Made by a program: the position numbers and the translations under genes. Below are positions 20,170 to 31,492 of a DNA stretch of 34,248 bases, in pieces. Each line of letters starts with the position of its first letter. Position 1 is the first letter of the stretch. The notes under the pieces are model-generated. The model searched no databases. It saw nothing but the letters and a program-made list of their open reading frames with translations, and was not told the DNA's origin. The stretch comes from Octopus sinensis (taxonomy: Eukaryota), in assembly GCF_006345805.1 (NCBI RefSeq), contig NW_021831716.1, positions 1 to 34,248 of the forward strand, written 5' to 3'.

Positions 20170-20670
20170 ACTTCCCCTGTCATTATCGATGACAAAAACC
20201 TAAGGACACTCTCATATATGCGGAGCAATGTTAACGCGGGCGTCTCTTGATGCTGAAATAAGGAACCTTTGAGCTTTTAACACATGCTTTTTACACATGC
20301 TTTTAACAAACTTATACGTCGTCCGTGGGATCGGCGGGGAATCTCATTAAAAGCAAAATATTGCCTATCAGGCCGTAGTTAACAAGCGTGATGCGTTTCG
20401 TAAATAATTTCTTCAGATCATTGGCAGATGAAACCTAAATTATGGAATTTCGTATATTTACCCATTCTCTAAAGGTAGAATTAGTGATATTGAAAACTGT
20501 TCTTTTGCAGTGCTAATTAAGATGGATTGGTCATAACATTAGAATGAGTGACAACAGAATACCAAATATCGTTATGATGAAACAAAGGATGACCTTAACA
20601 GGGGTACAAGGGACAAGCTCAAAGCTAACCTGTGAGCAAAAAAGATCTATCCAGAAAATTTGAAAGAAAT
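20170..20670 (+). pseudogene. RTE-clade LINE ORF2 C-terminal fragment (post-RT)
   Basis: IIDDKNL..SYMRS, ASLDAEIRN, AFNKLIRRPWDRRGISLKAK (20299-20358), LRWIGHNIRMSDNRIP (20517-20564), RDKLKANL: the RTE/BovB-type motif series, with stops and frameshifts. Confidence 0.85.
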
Positions 20671-20685
20671 CTGTATCCCCTTGCG

Positions 20686-21067
20686 TACTCTTTTACTGTT
20701 TTATTTGTTTCGGTCATTTGACTGCGGCCATGCTGGAACACTGGCTTTAGTCGAACAAACCGAGCTCAGACATTATTTTTTGTAAGACTAGTACTTAATT
20801 TATCGGACTGTTTTGCCGAGCCGCTAAGTTACGGGGACGTAGATACACAAACATCGGTTGTCAAGTGAAGGTGGTGGGGGTGGGGCAAACATTGACAGAC
20901 AGACAGATAGACTGACACATACACACACACACATCTATGATAAGTTTCAATTTCCGTCTACCAAATCCGCACACAGGGCTTTGGTCGGGCCGAGGCAATA
21001 GCAGAAAACACTCGCCCAAGGTTCCACACTGCGTGGTAAGCAAGCTACATACCACACAGCCACTCCT
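20686..21067 (-). mobile_element. Family A SINE with internal deletion
   Basis: Tail, module and head all recognisable. Confidence 0.9.
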
Positions 21068-21230
21068 GCGCCTAGTATTACGTCTTTGTTGGTCATGAGT
21101 GATACTCGTAAGGCAATATTCATATAAAGCAACTACATGGCTGGTGGATCGGTGACTTGATTGGTTCCACTACCTAGATATATATAAGGATATATATAAG
21201 GAAAATACAAAATCAAAAAAAAAAAGTGAA

Positions 21231-21441
21231 TACTCTTTTACTCTTTTACTTGTTTCAGTCATTTGCCTGTGGCTATGCTGGAGCACCGCCTTTAGTCGAG
21301 CAAATCGAACCCAAGACTTTTTCTTTGTAAGCCTAGTACTTATTATATCGGTCTGTTTTGCCGAAGCGCTAAGTTACGGGGACGTAACCACACCAGCATC
21401 GGTTATCAAGCGATGTTGGGGGGACAATCACAGACACACAA

Positions 21442-21478
<37 letters not shown>

Positions 21479-21672
21479 CATATATACATATATACGACGG
21501 GCTTCACTCAGTCTCCGTCTATCAAATCCACTCACAAGTCTTTGGTCTATCAAATCTACTCACAAGGCTTTGGTCGGCCCGAGGCTATAGTAGAAGACAA
21601 GATGCCACGCAGTGGGACTGAACACGGAACTATTTGGTTCGTAAGCAAGCTACTTACCACAGAGCCACTCCC
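21231..21672 (-). mobile_element. Full-length family A SINE with an internal 28-bp tandem duplication
   Basis: tatcaaatccactcacaagtctttggtc repeated at ~21520-21576. Confidence 0.92.
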
Positions 21673-22219
21673 ACGCGTATAAGCCACCCCTACGCCTATT
21701 TCCTGAAAAATACCTCAGGAATTAGTATTTTATACCTACTGCTAGCAAAGCAAGATATTCTTATTCAAAAATCGTAACTATGGTTACAGATGGTGGGATA
21801 TGTCACACTGTGATTGCAGATGTTATTTTGCATATTCCTGGTGTGTCTGTCATGTTCTTCGGGGTATATTTGATATCAATAGAGAAACTTTGGTAAGGAG
21901 AATTTCGTATGTGAAGCAAACAGTACAAAGAGAGCAGATTCAATATATTTTGAGATATTAAATAGAAACGCTTGAGGAGGACTAACAAAAAGAGACGGTA
22001 ACAACAAATTGTAACAACTTAAATAATTCTACAATAGTCATGAAGGATAGCTTGTAGGGCTAACCAAGGAAGTCACACAAAACTAAGATTACTTACACCA
22101 ACAAGACCAAGCTCCCTCTCACATTCTCCGTTTCGCTGGCCCACAGGAGCATGCAGAGAATAGGCCTGTTTACTCGTATTAGGTCCCGTCTCAGTTTATC
22201 GTAAAAATATTGTGGTTTT

Positions 22220-22425
22220 AATATTAGCTTCAGATTTTTGGCACAAAGCCAGCAATCGTGAGGGAGGGTGCAATTCGATTACCTCGACCCCAGTATTCAA
22301 CTGGTAATTATTTTATCGATCCGGAAAGGATGAAAGGCAAAGTCGACCCCAGTAGCAATTGAAATCAGAACTTAAATTCGAGAGAAATGCTGCTAAACAT
22401 TTTTTTCCAGCGTGGTAGTGATTCT
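22220..22425 (-). mobile_element. Old family B (tail-2 type) copy, interrupted in its head
   Basis: tcgaccccagtattcaactggta...aaggatgaaaggcaaagtcgacc; head appears to resume at ~22662 (gtgattctgcca). Confidence 0.8.
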
Positions 22426-22658
22426 TATTTCTTTACTGCCCACAAGGGGCTACACAGAGAGGGGACAAACAAGGACAGACAAAAGGATTAAGTCGATTAT
22501 ATCGACCCCAGTGCGTAACTGGTACTTAATTTATCGACCCCAAAAGGATGAAAGGCAAAGTCGACCTCGGCGGAATTTGAACTCGGAACGTAACGGCAGA
22601 CGAAATAGCGGTGAGCATTTCGTCTAGCGTGCTAACGATTCTGCCAGCTCACCGCCCT
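22426..22658 (-). mobile_element. Young family B tail-1 monomer inserted into an older family B copy
   Basis: gtgattct duplicated at 22418-22425 and 22662-22669. Confidence 0.88.
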
Positions 22659-22709
22659 GTCGTGATTCTGCCATCTCATTACCCTTATTGTTGTTTTAAT
22701 ATTAACAAT

Positions 22710-23247
22710 AGTGACTGTGTGGTAAGAAGCTTGTTTCCCAGCCACGTGGTTCCGGATTCAGTCCCACTGCATGGTATCTTGGGCACGTACCTTCTGCTAT
22801 GGCCTCGGGTCGACTAAACCCGGAGTGGATTTGGTAGACGGAAACTGAAAGAAACCTGCCAGATTCATACTTTTTTCCTTGATTTGTGTGTTTAGACAAG
22901 TAAAATTTATGTAGCAAAGAAACATGATCATTAGATGGGAACAAGAATTATAAATTATAGTTATTGTGTGTATTAATTCTGAAAGAATAAGTGCTAAATG
23001 AAAGAATGTCGTATATATATGTATATATATTTATGTGTTTGTATCTGTGCTTGTCCTCCCATCACCACTTGACAATCGTTGTTGGTGTGTTTACGTCTCC
23101 GTAACTTAGTGGCCCGGCAAAAGAGAGCGATAGAATAAGTATCAAGCTAAAAAAAGAAGTACAGGGGTAGAATCCTTCGACTAAAAATTCAAGGCGGTGC
23201 ACCAGCATGGCTGTAGTCTAAGAGGTAAAAGATAATAGATAAAAGAT
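22710..23247 (+). mobile_element. Family A SINE carrying a ~130-bp foreign insertion at 22858-22988
   Basis: 5' half ends at gaaactgaaagaaacctgcc and 3' half resumes at gtcgtatatat; the insert matches 24082-24206. Confidence 0.88.
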
Positions 23248-23258
23248 ATGACAAAGCA

Positions 23259-23441
23259 GGCAAAATGCTTAGGGATATTTCATCCGTCTTTACGCTCTGA
23301 GTTGAAATGCTGCCGGGATCGACTTGTCCTTCATCTTTTTGGGGTCGATGAAATAAGTACTAGTTGAGAAAAGGATCGATATAATCGACTTGCTCCTCTC
23401 CCGAAATTGCTGGCCCGGTGCCCAATGTTTGAACCAACATT
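23259..23441 (+). mobile_element. Old family B copy
   Basis: aaatgcttagggatatttc...ggggtcgatgaaataagtact...gatcgatataatcgac. Confidence 0.75.
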
Positions 23442-23603
23442 ATCATAACATGTGACAATGCTACCATATATATTTTTTATTTTAATTTTTTTATTTTATC
23501 TAGTTTCAGCTCACGAGCTGTGGCCATATAACTATGCAACAAAAACCGTTTTCTGCAACGTCAACATCAAGAGTAAAAGTGCCTCAATATTGTTTTTCCT
23601 ATT

Positions 23604-24014
23604 GCGGCGAGCTGGCAGAATCGTTAGCACGCCGGGTGAAATACTTAGTGGTATTTCGTTCTGAGTTCAAATTCCGCCGAGGTCGACTTTACCTTTCATC
23701 TTTTTGGGGTCGATTAAATAAGTACCAGTTACGCACTGGAGTCGATGTAATCGACTTAATCCCTTTGTTTGTCCCCTCTATGTTTAGCTCCTTGTGGGCA
23801 ATAAAGAAATAAGAAACGTTAGCTCATCGGGCGAAATGCTTAGCGATATTTCGTCTGTCTTTACGTTCTGAGGTCAAATTCCGCCGCGGTCGACTTTGCC
23901 TTTCATCCTTTCGAGGTCCATAAAGTAAGTAACAGTTGCGTACCGAGGTCAATCTAATCGACTAGCACCCTCCGCCAAAATTTCGGGCCTTGTGCCTAGA
24001 ATACAAAAGAATAT
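23604..24014 (+). mobile_element. Family B dimer with alternative junction (aaagaaataag|aaacgttagc at ~23811)
   Basis: Head-core-tail1 then near-full second unit ending in tail-2. Confidence 0.9.
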
Positions 24015-24081
24015 TGTTAGGGTACTTTTGATGAAGAACTGTATCTTTGTTCTTTTGGTTATGCACAAGGTTTGATTATCA

Positions 24082-24206
24082 GCCAGATTCATACTTTTTT
24101 CTTTGGTGTGTGTTTAGACAAGTAAAATTTATGTAGCAAAGAAACATGATCATTAGATGGTAACAAGAATTATAAATTATAGTTATTGTATTAACTCTGA
24201 AAGAAT
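24082..24206 (+). repeat. Non-SINE segment duplicated at 22858-22988
   Basis: gccagattcatac...gacaagtaaaatttatgtagcaaagaaacatgatcattagatgg...ctgaaagaat, near-identical in both places. Confidence 0.93.
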
Positions 24207-24873
24207 GGGTGGTAAAATAAGACTTTGACATAGAACAATAAGCACAACAACTATATATCCTAATGCTTTTCTTTTGTCCCTACCATTTTCATTATAGCTT
24301 TATAACTGTGCATGATTTATCAAGAGAAATAGAGAGCATGATTGAGAGAATAAGGAAGAGAGGGGAAGAGGTTGACAGAGGAAGGAAAGCATGCGAAAGA
24401 AAGGGAGAGAGACAGGTGGAGTGAAGAAAGAGAAAAAGAAGGGTGGAGAGGCGAAATATCTTTCCTATTGTATTTCACTTATTTCCTAACGAAATATTCT
24501 GGAAGTTCAACTCAGAAATTTTGACAGGTTTATAACTCGAATTCAACTATCATTTACCTTGTTAATTTTGTCCAAAATATATCACAGTGTATGCAATGTG
24601 ACGCTTGATACTGCTATACAAAGTTCAGTCAACCACCACCCGAAAGCGAGATTTCGATAATTGTTTTGGAGGGCCATATATAGTTAGGGGACAATGATTT
24701 CGATAATTGTTTTAGGGGACTATATATTCGCCAGCAGACGTAGGCACACTATTGGCTTTCTTAACCTTAACTCAGTAGCATATCAAGAATGTGACGACTG
24801 AAGCGTGTGTGTGTGTGTGTGTGTGCGTGCATGTTATCTCCAACGATAAGTCTATTGTATTACTATTTAGTGT

Positions 24874-25075
24874 GGAAAGGCAAAGGCCCAGTGATTAGAG
24901 CAGCGAACTTGCGGTCGGAGGATCACGGTTTCGATTCGTAGACCGGGCGTTGTGTGTGTTTATTGAGCGAAAACACCTAAAAGCTCCACGAGGCTCCGGC
25001 AGGGGGTGATGGCGACCGCTGTTGTATTTTTTCGTCACAACTTTCTCTCACTCTCTCTTCCTGTTTCTTGAGTAA
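24874..25075 (+). mobile_element. tRNA-headed SINE (family D)
   Basis: A-box-like ggcccagtgattagagc and B-box ggtttcgattc, then gcgttgtgtgtgtttattgagcgaaaacacc; single copy in the window. Confidence 0.7.
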
Positions 25076-25091
25076 TATTGTTTTTCCAATT

Positions 25092-25283
25092 GTGGCGAGC
25101 TGACAGAAATGCGTAGCTGTATTTCATCCGTCGTTACGTTCCGAGTTCAAATTCCGCCGAGGTCGACTTTGCCTTTCATCCCTTCAGGGACGATAAATTA
25201 AGTACCAGTGGGTCGACTTAATCCCTTTGTGTGTCCTTGTTTGTCCCCTCTGTGTTTATCCCCTTGTGGGTAGTAAAGAAATA
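25092..25283 (+). mobile_element. Family B tail-1 monomer with internal deletions
   Basis: Core and tail-1 match other copies. Confidence 0.9.
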
Positions 25284-26208
25284 TATAACTTAACTAGCAC
25301 TTTATTAAATCGACCTCAGGAGGATGAACTGTGAGGTTAAACCCGGTGAGATTTGAACTTGTAACATGATGGTCTGTATCTAAACGTTACACGGCATTTT
25401 GCCCGGCATTCGTCTAATTCTTACAAACACTAACTGATATTTATTTTATTCTTTTATCGATTACATTACTGTTTATTTTTCTCTAGCTTAACATTTTTAA
25501 AGTTTCCAAGCATTAAGAATGCTTTTACTGCCTTGTTTATATTTTACCATGTGCTTGGCGCCAGATAATTGTTTAATTTATAAACCATTTTCAATCCAAT
25601 CTTTTCTCCTCTGCCTTCTTATCCTCCTCATCCTCCGCTCCTTTTTTTTTGTCTCTGTTCTGTGCCAACAAATATACAATTATGCATCTTTTACTTCGGC
25701 ATTTAATCGCCAAAGTTTTAGTGTTAACTGCGGCGAATTGGCAGAGTCGTCAAAGAATTGGACTGATTTCATTCATTCTTCCTCTTTGCTTCAGAGTTCA
25801 AATAACACCGTGCGGGGGTTGATAACAGTACCAATCAAATACTAGGATAGATTTATCTCTCTCACTCTCTCTTCCTTTCTTTCTTTTCGTCTATTTGTCT
25901 CTCTTCTGGAAGAAACCGATTGTGATCCGTCTTTGTGATGGACTCCGCTACATCTAAATGTGCCCAAGGCATACCAAACATCACAACTGTGCCCCTACTA
26001 CTCCACCGGGTCGAAAAGTGCCTAAAGCTTGCCATAGTCCCAAACGAGACTTACAAATCCCCCAGAAGCTGGGATTCCAAGAACAGAAGAAATAGAAATG
26101 ACTATAGCATGATACATAGTGAGGGTATCTCTTCGGGAGTTATCCACCCTTCTCGTTTATATGTAATATTTATACTGATTCCTCACACACATACATATAG
26201 ATACCGTA

Positions 26209-26612
26209 AAGGCGGCGAGCTGGCAGAAACGTTAGCAGGCCAGGCGAAATGCGTAGCCGTATTTCGTCTCCCGTTACGTTCTGAGTTCAAATTCCGCCAA
26301 GGTCGACTTTGCCTTTCATCCTTTCGGGGTCGATTAAATAATTACCAGTTACGCACTGGGGTCGATATAATCGACTTAATCTGTTTGTCTGTCCTTGTTT
26401 GTCCCCTCTGTGTTTAGCCCTTTGTGGGTAGTAAAGAAATAGGTATTTCGTCTGCCCTTAGTTCTGAGTTCAAATTCCTCCGAGGTCGACTTTGCCTTTC
26501 ATCCTTTCGGGGTCGATAAATTAAGTACCATGTGCGTACTGGGGTCGATCTAATCAACTGGCCCCCTCACCCCAAAAAGTTTTGGGCTTTTTGCCAAGAG
26601 CAGAAAAAAAAT
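26209..26612 (+). mobile_element. Family B dimer: head-core-tail1, core-tail2
   Basis: Junction gaaatagg|tatttcgtctg at 26443/26444. Confidence 0.93.
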
Positions 26613-26989
26613 ACAGATAGTGTTAATCATATCTACTTTAGTAAATGTCTGGTAGTTTAATATCATCCCCAGAAGAATGAAAACAAAGCCGATCTCGACG
26701 GAATTAGAATTCATAAAATAAAGGATATTAACTAAAGCTCGGGACTTAATGAGTGGAAAAAATAATATTTATCAGCTGGTGAAGACATAGTGGTGTCTTT
26801 ATGAAGATTTTTTGTTTTGTTTTTGCAATCATGTGGTTTCGGGTTCGATTCCACTGGAATGGAGGTGCGTGTTGGGGTAAGTGTTTTCTGGTAAATACCT
26901 TAGGATGAACAATATTTTGAGGGTGAAATTTGGAGGTAGAAAACTGCAAAAAACGTGGCTTGTGTTTGTGTCTAAGTGTGGATGTATGC

Positions 26990-27106
26990 ATATATATGTG
27001 TGTGTATGTGTGTGTATGTGTGTGTGTGTGTATGCGTGTGTGTCTATATATATACTGATGTGCCTATATATATTGTATGTGTATTATGTGTATGTATGCA
27101 TGTATG

Positions 27107-27139
<33 letters not shown>

Positions 27140-27148
27140 TATATATAT
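26990..27148. repeat. (GT)/(TATG)/(TA) compound microsatellite
   Basis: Direct reading. Confidence 0.94.
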
Positions 27149-27152
27149 GCGA

Positions 27153-27546
27153 AGGAGTGGCTGTGTGGTAAGAAGCTTGCTTCCCAACCACGTCATTCCG
27201 GGTTCAGTCTCACTGCATGGCACCTTGGGCAGGTGTCTTCTACTATAGACTCGGGCTGACCTAAGTCTTGTGAGTGGATTTGGTAGACGGAAACCAAGGA
27301 ATGCCGTCGTATATATATGTGTGTGTTTATGTATGGGTGTGTTTGTGTCTGTGTTTTTTCCCCCCCGCCATCACTTGACAACCGATGTTGGTGTGTTTAC
27401 GTCCACGTAACTTAGCGGTTTGACATAAGAAAACGATAGAATAAGTACTAGGTTTACAAAGAATAAATCCTGAGGTCGATTTGTTCGACTAAAGGCAGTG
27501 CTCTAGCATGGCCGCAGTCAAATAGCTGAAAAAATAAAAGAATAAA
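27153..27546 (+). mobile_element. Full-length family A SINE
   Basis: Collinear with 16148-16555. Confidence 0.93.
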
Positions 27547-28186
27547 CTAATAGATATTTTATATTTGCAAACGTACATATATGCACTCACACACACACAC
27601 ACACACATTTGCAAACGTACATATATGAACTCACACACATACATAAATGAAAAAAACTACCGTTTTTTTTATAGTTTTTTCATAATAATTTTTTTCACTG
27701 CAGAGTTGATCTGACTTTAGTCTCTCTAATGTTCCAAGCAATCAAATGGCTTTTAGCCAATTAACTCGGTAACGAATAATTTCTTTTGCAACACAGGTTC
27801 AGACCAGATGAAATCAATTTATGGTCTCACAGCTTTAGTGCTACGTAAAATTATTGCCAACCTACTTTCACTTTCCCTCTCACCCCCCTCTCTCTCTTCT
27901 TCGCTCTTGCTCACTCACTTTACTTCAATCACCTACTCACATTTTCACTCACTCATTCACTCACACTCTTTCATTCTCTCTCTCTCTCTATTTTCTTCAA
28001 TAAGGCAGGCACCTATATTTACTGCTCAACATACACAAAGCGGTCTATCTCAGAACTTAACAAGAGAAGCCTGTATGTAGGCGCTTGCTCTGGAAGAAAT
28101 AGCAGCCAAATTTTATTCATGTACCCTGGTGTCTATTTTTGCTTTTAAGGGAAGCATATTTGATTATTGGTCAATCCTTTATATAG

Positions 28187-28740
28187 TTTTTTTTCGTTTT
28201 TGTCAGAATACAAAATATTTTCTGAAGAGTGTTGAGAAAGGAAAAGAAAGTAAAAGAAAAAAATGGGAACGGAAAGTAAAACAGCGGAAGGTGTAGGTGG
28301 GTGCGATGGACCACACACCCCAGAACAAGTGGTGTGCTGAACCACGTCCTGCGGCAATGACCGCATTGGCGTTGCCGCGAAGAATGGCCAGTAACACTCG
28401 CTGCAGCAGCCACTCCACCTCGCAGATCTCATTTCTCTGACGAGCCACCAATATCTCTATTTTGCGGAGGAAATTGGCAGTATGGGGTCTTAGAGCATCT
28501 GACGCCTCGACGACGACTGGCAGTAACTGATTCTAGCCGGCGAGGCCCCTGTATTTATTGATGTTTCTCTCTTCCGCGTTACAGGTGGTGCCACCAGGGT
28601 TTTCGAGCAAATGCTGCAAGGTTGGCGTCGGAGAACGTGTCGCTGCAGGTCGCATGAAAGACAAAAAGCTCACAGCGGGAATGCTTTGATGATGGACCTG
28701 TTCCATTAGCATTGAGGTGGAGCTAAACAAGGGAAGTAAC
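28187..28740 (-). mobile_element. 3' fragment of a CRE-clade non-LTR retrotransposon (restriction-like endonuclease domain, 3' UTR, A-rich end)
   Basis: VFHATCSDTFSDANL (28662 down), one frameshift, then NPGGTTCNAEERNINKYRGLAG*NQLLPVVVEASDALRPHTANFLRKI...EVEWLLQRVLLAILRGNANAV; fits the CRE pattern WDATC.DT...AE..K..KY..L...PV.VE..G......FL......WL.QR.S.A..RGNA. Confidence 0.8.
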
Positions 28741-29014
28741 AAAAGCTGTATTCCTTCTCGTTCCTATCATAATGTCAATTTGATTTAGATGGACAAATGT
28801 TTGAATAATGTAAACAACTGACCCTAACAGCCGATCCAAAATGCCTTTCATTTTCTGTCAAAATAATAAAGCATATAATTACATCAAAGAAGGAAAATAC
28901 AGAATCCAAAGAGATTTCTGTCGGTTTACATTGGCAAAAAATGTATTTGTTGGTGTAAGTGTAAAATTACAATTAGTTGATTTCTATTCTTATTCATGAG
29001 GTAAAAATTATAGT

Positions 29015-29225
29015 GGAGGTGCTGGCTTAGTGGTTAAGGCATTGGATTCATAATCGTAAGATTGTGGTTTCAATTCCCAGACTGGCGACATGCTGTTTTT
29101 CTGGAGCAAAACTCTTTATTTCACGGTGCTCTTGTCCACTCAACTGGGAAAATTGAGCAATCCTGCGACGCAAGGCGTCGTAGAAACCGAAACGTCGGCC
29201 CCATGAATCTATACGACGGGGGAAG
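29015..29225 (+). mobile_element. Family C tRNA-SINE
   Basis: ggaggtgctggcttagtggttaagg A box, ggtttcaattcc B box, gagcaaaactctttatttcacg core, tail matching the reverse of 6950-6990. Confidence 0.85.
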
Positions 29226-29606
29226 CCTAATTATACATAGGTATAAGGCATCAGACCCGGCGGGTATAGACATTGTCAATTATATCAACCCTAGCAAATG
29301 ACCGGCTACCCAATTATAGAAATTTTTACTTTTATGACTATAAATTTACGTAGAGAATCTTGCTCCAAAGACACAAATTTGAAGAGTACAACGCATGCAA
29401 ACAATATCGTTTGGCGTTAAATAACTAAATTAAATAATATTTCATTAATATAACACGTAATCATAAATATCCCAACACTTTTCTCTCTAAAATTTATATA
29501 AATGGTTTACATACACCCGCTTCTAATTCTCTTAGCAGGCTTACTAATTTCCATCTGTTGATTCGACTAATTGTATATTGTCTATAATAGAAAGGTTTAA
29601 AATGTA

Positions 29607-29645
<39 letters not shown>

Positions 29646-29934
29646 AGAAATTAATTTACGAAGGTATCATTAATTCTATTATTATCCAATGTAACTATTT
29701 AAAAAAATGATAATAACAGAATCAATGACACAGGCGATAGCAGGCCAAAAATAGCATTAAATAGCTGAGGGATTAAAATTAATCAAAGGACATAGTAAGT
29801 ACGTCTACCTGCTTGAAATAACAGTCAAAACTCTTATTAAATCGCCAAAAATACACTGATGAAAACTACAGAAATCAAACGAAGGCAAAATCAGGTTAAG
29901 ACAATCTACTAACATACATTTAAGTATCTGGACT

Positions 29935-29988
29935 CACGTGAACCGGTTTCTGCACTGGCAAAATACGCCTTAGCTTCTTCAGCACGCG
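29935..29988 (-). ncRNA. Candidate minimal type I hammerhead (third family, canonical core)
   Basis: CGCGUG-CUGAAGA-[AGCUAAGGCGUAUUUUGCCAGUGCA]-GAAAC-CG-GUU-CACGUG: 6-bp helix I with one G.U, palindromic ACCGGU helix III; helix II imperfect. Confidence 0.55.
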
Positions 29989-30129
29989 TTACCATGATTA
30001 GAGACTCCCAACTCGTCGCTTTGAAGTCTGTGCTGCAAATAATTCGTTTCGCGCCGAAATCCCAGCAGCCATCAGTGTAAAATAATCTCGATACAATTTA
30101 CGAGAAAAATAATTCACCCAAAATTATTC

Positions 30130-30131
<2 letters not shown>

Positions 30132-30172
<41 letters not shown>

Positions 30173-30182
30173 ATATATATAT
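30132..30182. repeat. (TA)n microsatellite
   Basis: Direct reading. Confidence 0.95.
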
Positions 30183-30385
30183 AGTTAATCCAAACAAGAA
30201 AGCACAAAAAATACAACGCGAGGACGTGGAACAAATATAGTATTATTGGACGCTCAGGAAAGAAGGAAAGAAGGAGGGTCTAACGTTTCGAGCGAAGCTC
30301 TTCGTCGGAAACATAGGAGAAGGAAAGATCCAAAGAAGGGAAGACAGAGGAAAAAAAAATCGCCAACGTTACACACGTGGTCACA
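30181..30385 (-). mobile_element. ~200-bp hammerhead-bearing element, copy 2
   Basis: Same ends as 2446-2647; (TA)n on one side and (TATG)n on the other. Confidence 0.82.
30278..30312 (-). ncRNA. Minimal type I hammerhead motif (U4C variant)
   Basis: GUUU-CCGACGA-A-GAGC(UUC)GCUC-GAAAC-GUU-AGAC; differences from copy 1 are a loop change and an A-U to G.U change in helix I. Confidence 0.7.
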
Positions 30386-30398
30386 TTATGTATGTATG

Positions 30399-30430
<32 letters not shown>

Positions 30431-30781
30431 GTGACAACTATACTTATCGCTCTTTCGGTTGTAAATTGCGACTAGCCACCTTATTAATTTATGATTTTTC
30501 ACTTCACCATTTTCGGAATCAGTCAATGTTTCCTATAATGTTCTCCATAAAACTGACAAGGTGACTTAGGTTCTTTAACCCTCGGTGACGGAGTAATAGG
30601 TCACTGAAGAAGATTAATCAAATCTGAAGTCATCGATGATGTGAGTCCATCTCACTTGCTGTTGGGAGCTTGTCTCACTTGTCAGTCGTTAGAAAAGCGA
30701 TCTCACGTGGTTAAGAGTTGTTTTGACACTTATTTCTAGCAATGCTGGTGCTGGCTAGCACCCTCCGTCATTTTTGTATGA

Positions 30782-31015
30782 CTATTCTTTTACTTGTTTC
30801 AGTCATTTGACTGCGGACATGCTGGAACACCGCTTTTATTCTAGAAAATCGACCCCGGGACTTGTTCTTTGCAAACCTAGTACTTATTCTACCGGGATCT
30901 TTTGCCGAACCGCTAAGTTACGGTGTCGTAAACACACCAGCTTCAGTTGTCAAGCAATGGTAGGGGGACAAAGATACACACACACACATACACACACACT
31001 CACACATTTATATAA
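30782..31015 (-). mobile_element. Family A SINE 3' half
   Basis: Tail and module recognisable; ends in the internal (CA) repeat. Confidence 0.88.
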
Positions 31016-31051
31016 TCTATGCTGTGTGCGTTTGTGTGTGTATATGCATAT

Positions 31052-31270
31052 GTCGTATTGGTTATGGTGTTACATTCGCGATCGTGAGATTGTGGTTTCA
31101 ATTCTTGGATCAGTTTGTGCGTTGTCTTCTTGAACATAACATTTCATTTAACGTTGTTCTACGATCACTTCGGCACCTGATGTGTGGCACACCGTGCACC
31201 TGTGCAGATAACGTGGATTTCATGGAGGGAGTGAAAATATATACAGCACATATGCAAATCATTTGTGCAA
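31052..31270 (+). mobile_element. Family C-related SINE with a different tail
   Basis: gatcgtgagattgtggtttcaattc head and gcgttgtcttcttgaacataacatttcatttaacgttg core shared with 29015. Confidence 0.7.
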
Positions 31271-31492
31271 GTTGTTGTTCAGCATGAAATTGCAGGGCCG
31301 CCTTTCTCTGACTACGAGAGATTACCATCAATAAATCAATCAATGTATGTATATATATATATGCAGATATGGCTCTTTTTATTTATTTATTTATTTTTTA
31401 ATTATTTAAAGTCTTCCTATATGGAAGGAGCTGGTTTCTCACAAAGTTACAAAGCTCCATTGTTGATATGTAGAATCCTTTTGTTTTATATA

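Noticed and set aside
25935-26417. 160-aa ORF
   Set aside because: The last ~70 codons are a family B SINE; the first part shows no recognisable motif or splice context
29185-29200. gaaacgtc resembling a hammerhead cleavage site
   Set aside because: Aligns with the family C SINE tail; no core upstream
30044-30078. Hammerhead-like CUGAUG-GC(U)GCUG...CGGCGC-GAAAC-GAA on the minus strand
   Set aside because: A9 is missing, there is no UH triplet and no helix I; might be a dead tandem partner of 29935-29988 but cannot be supported
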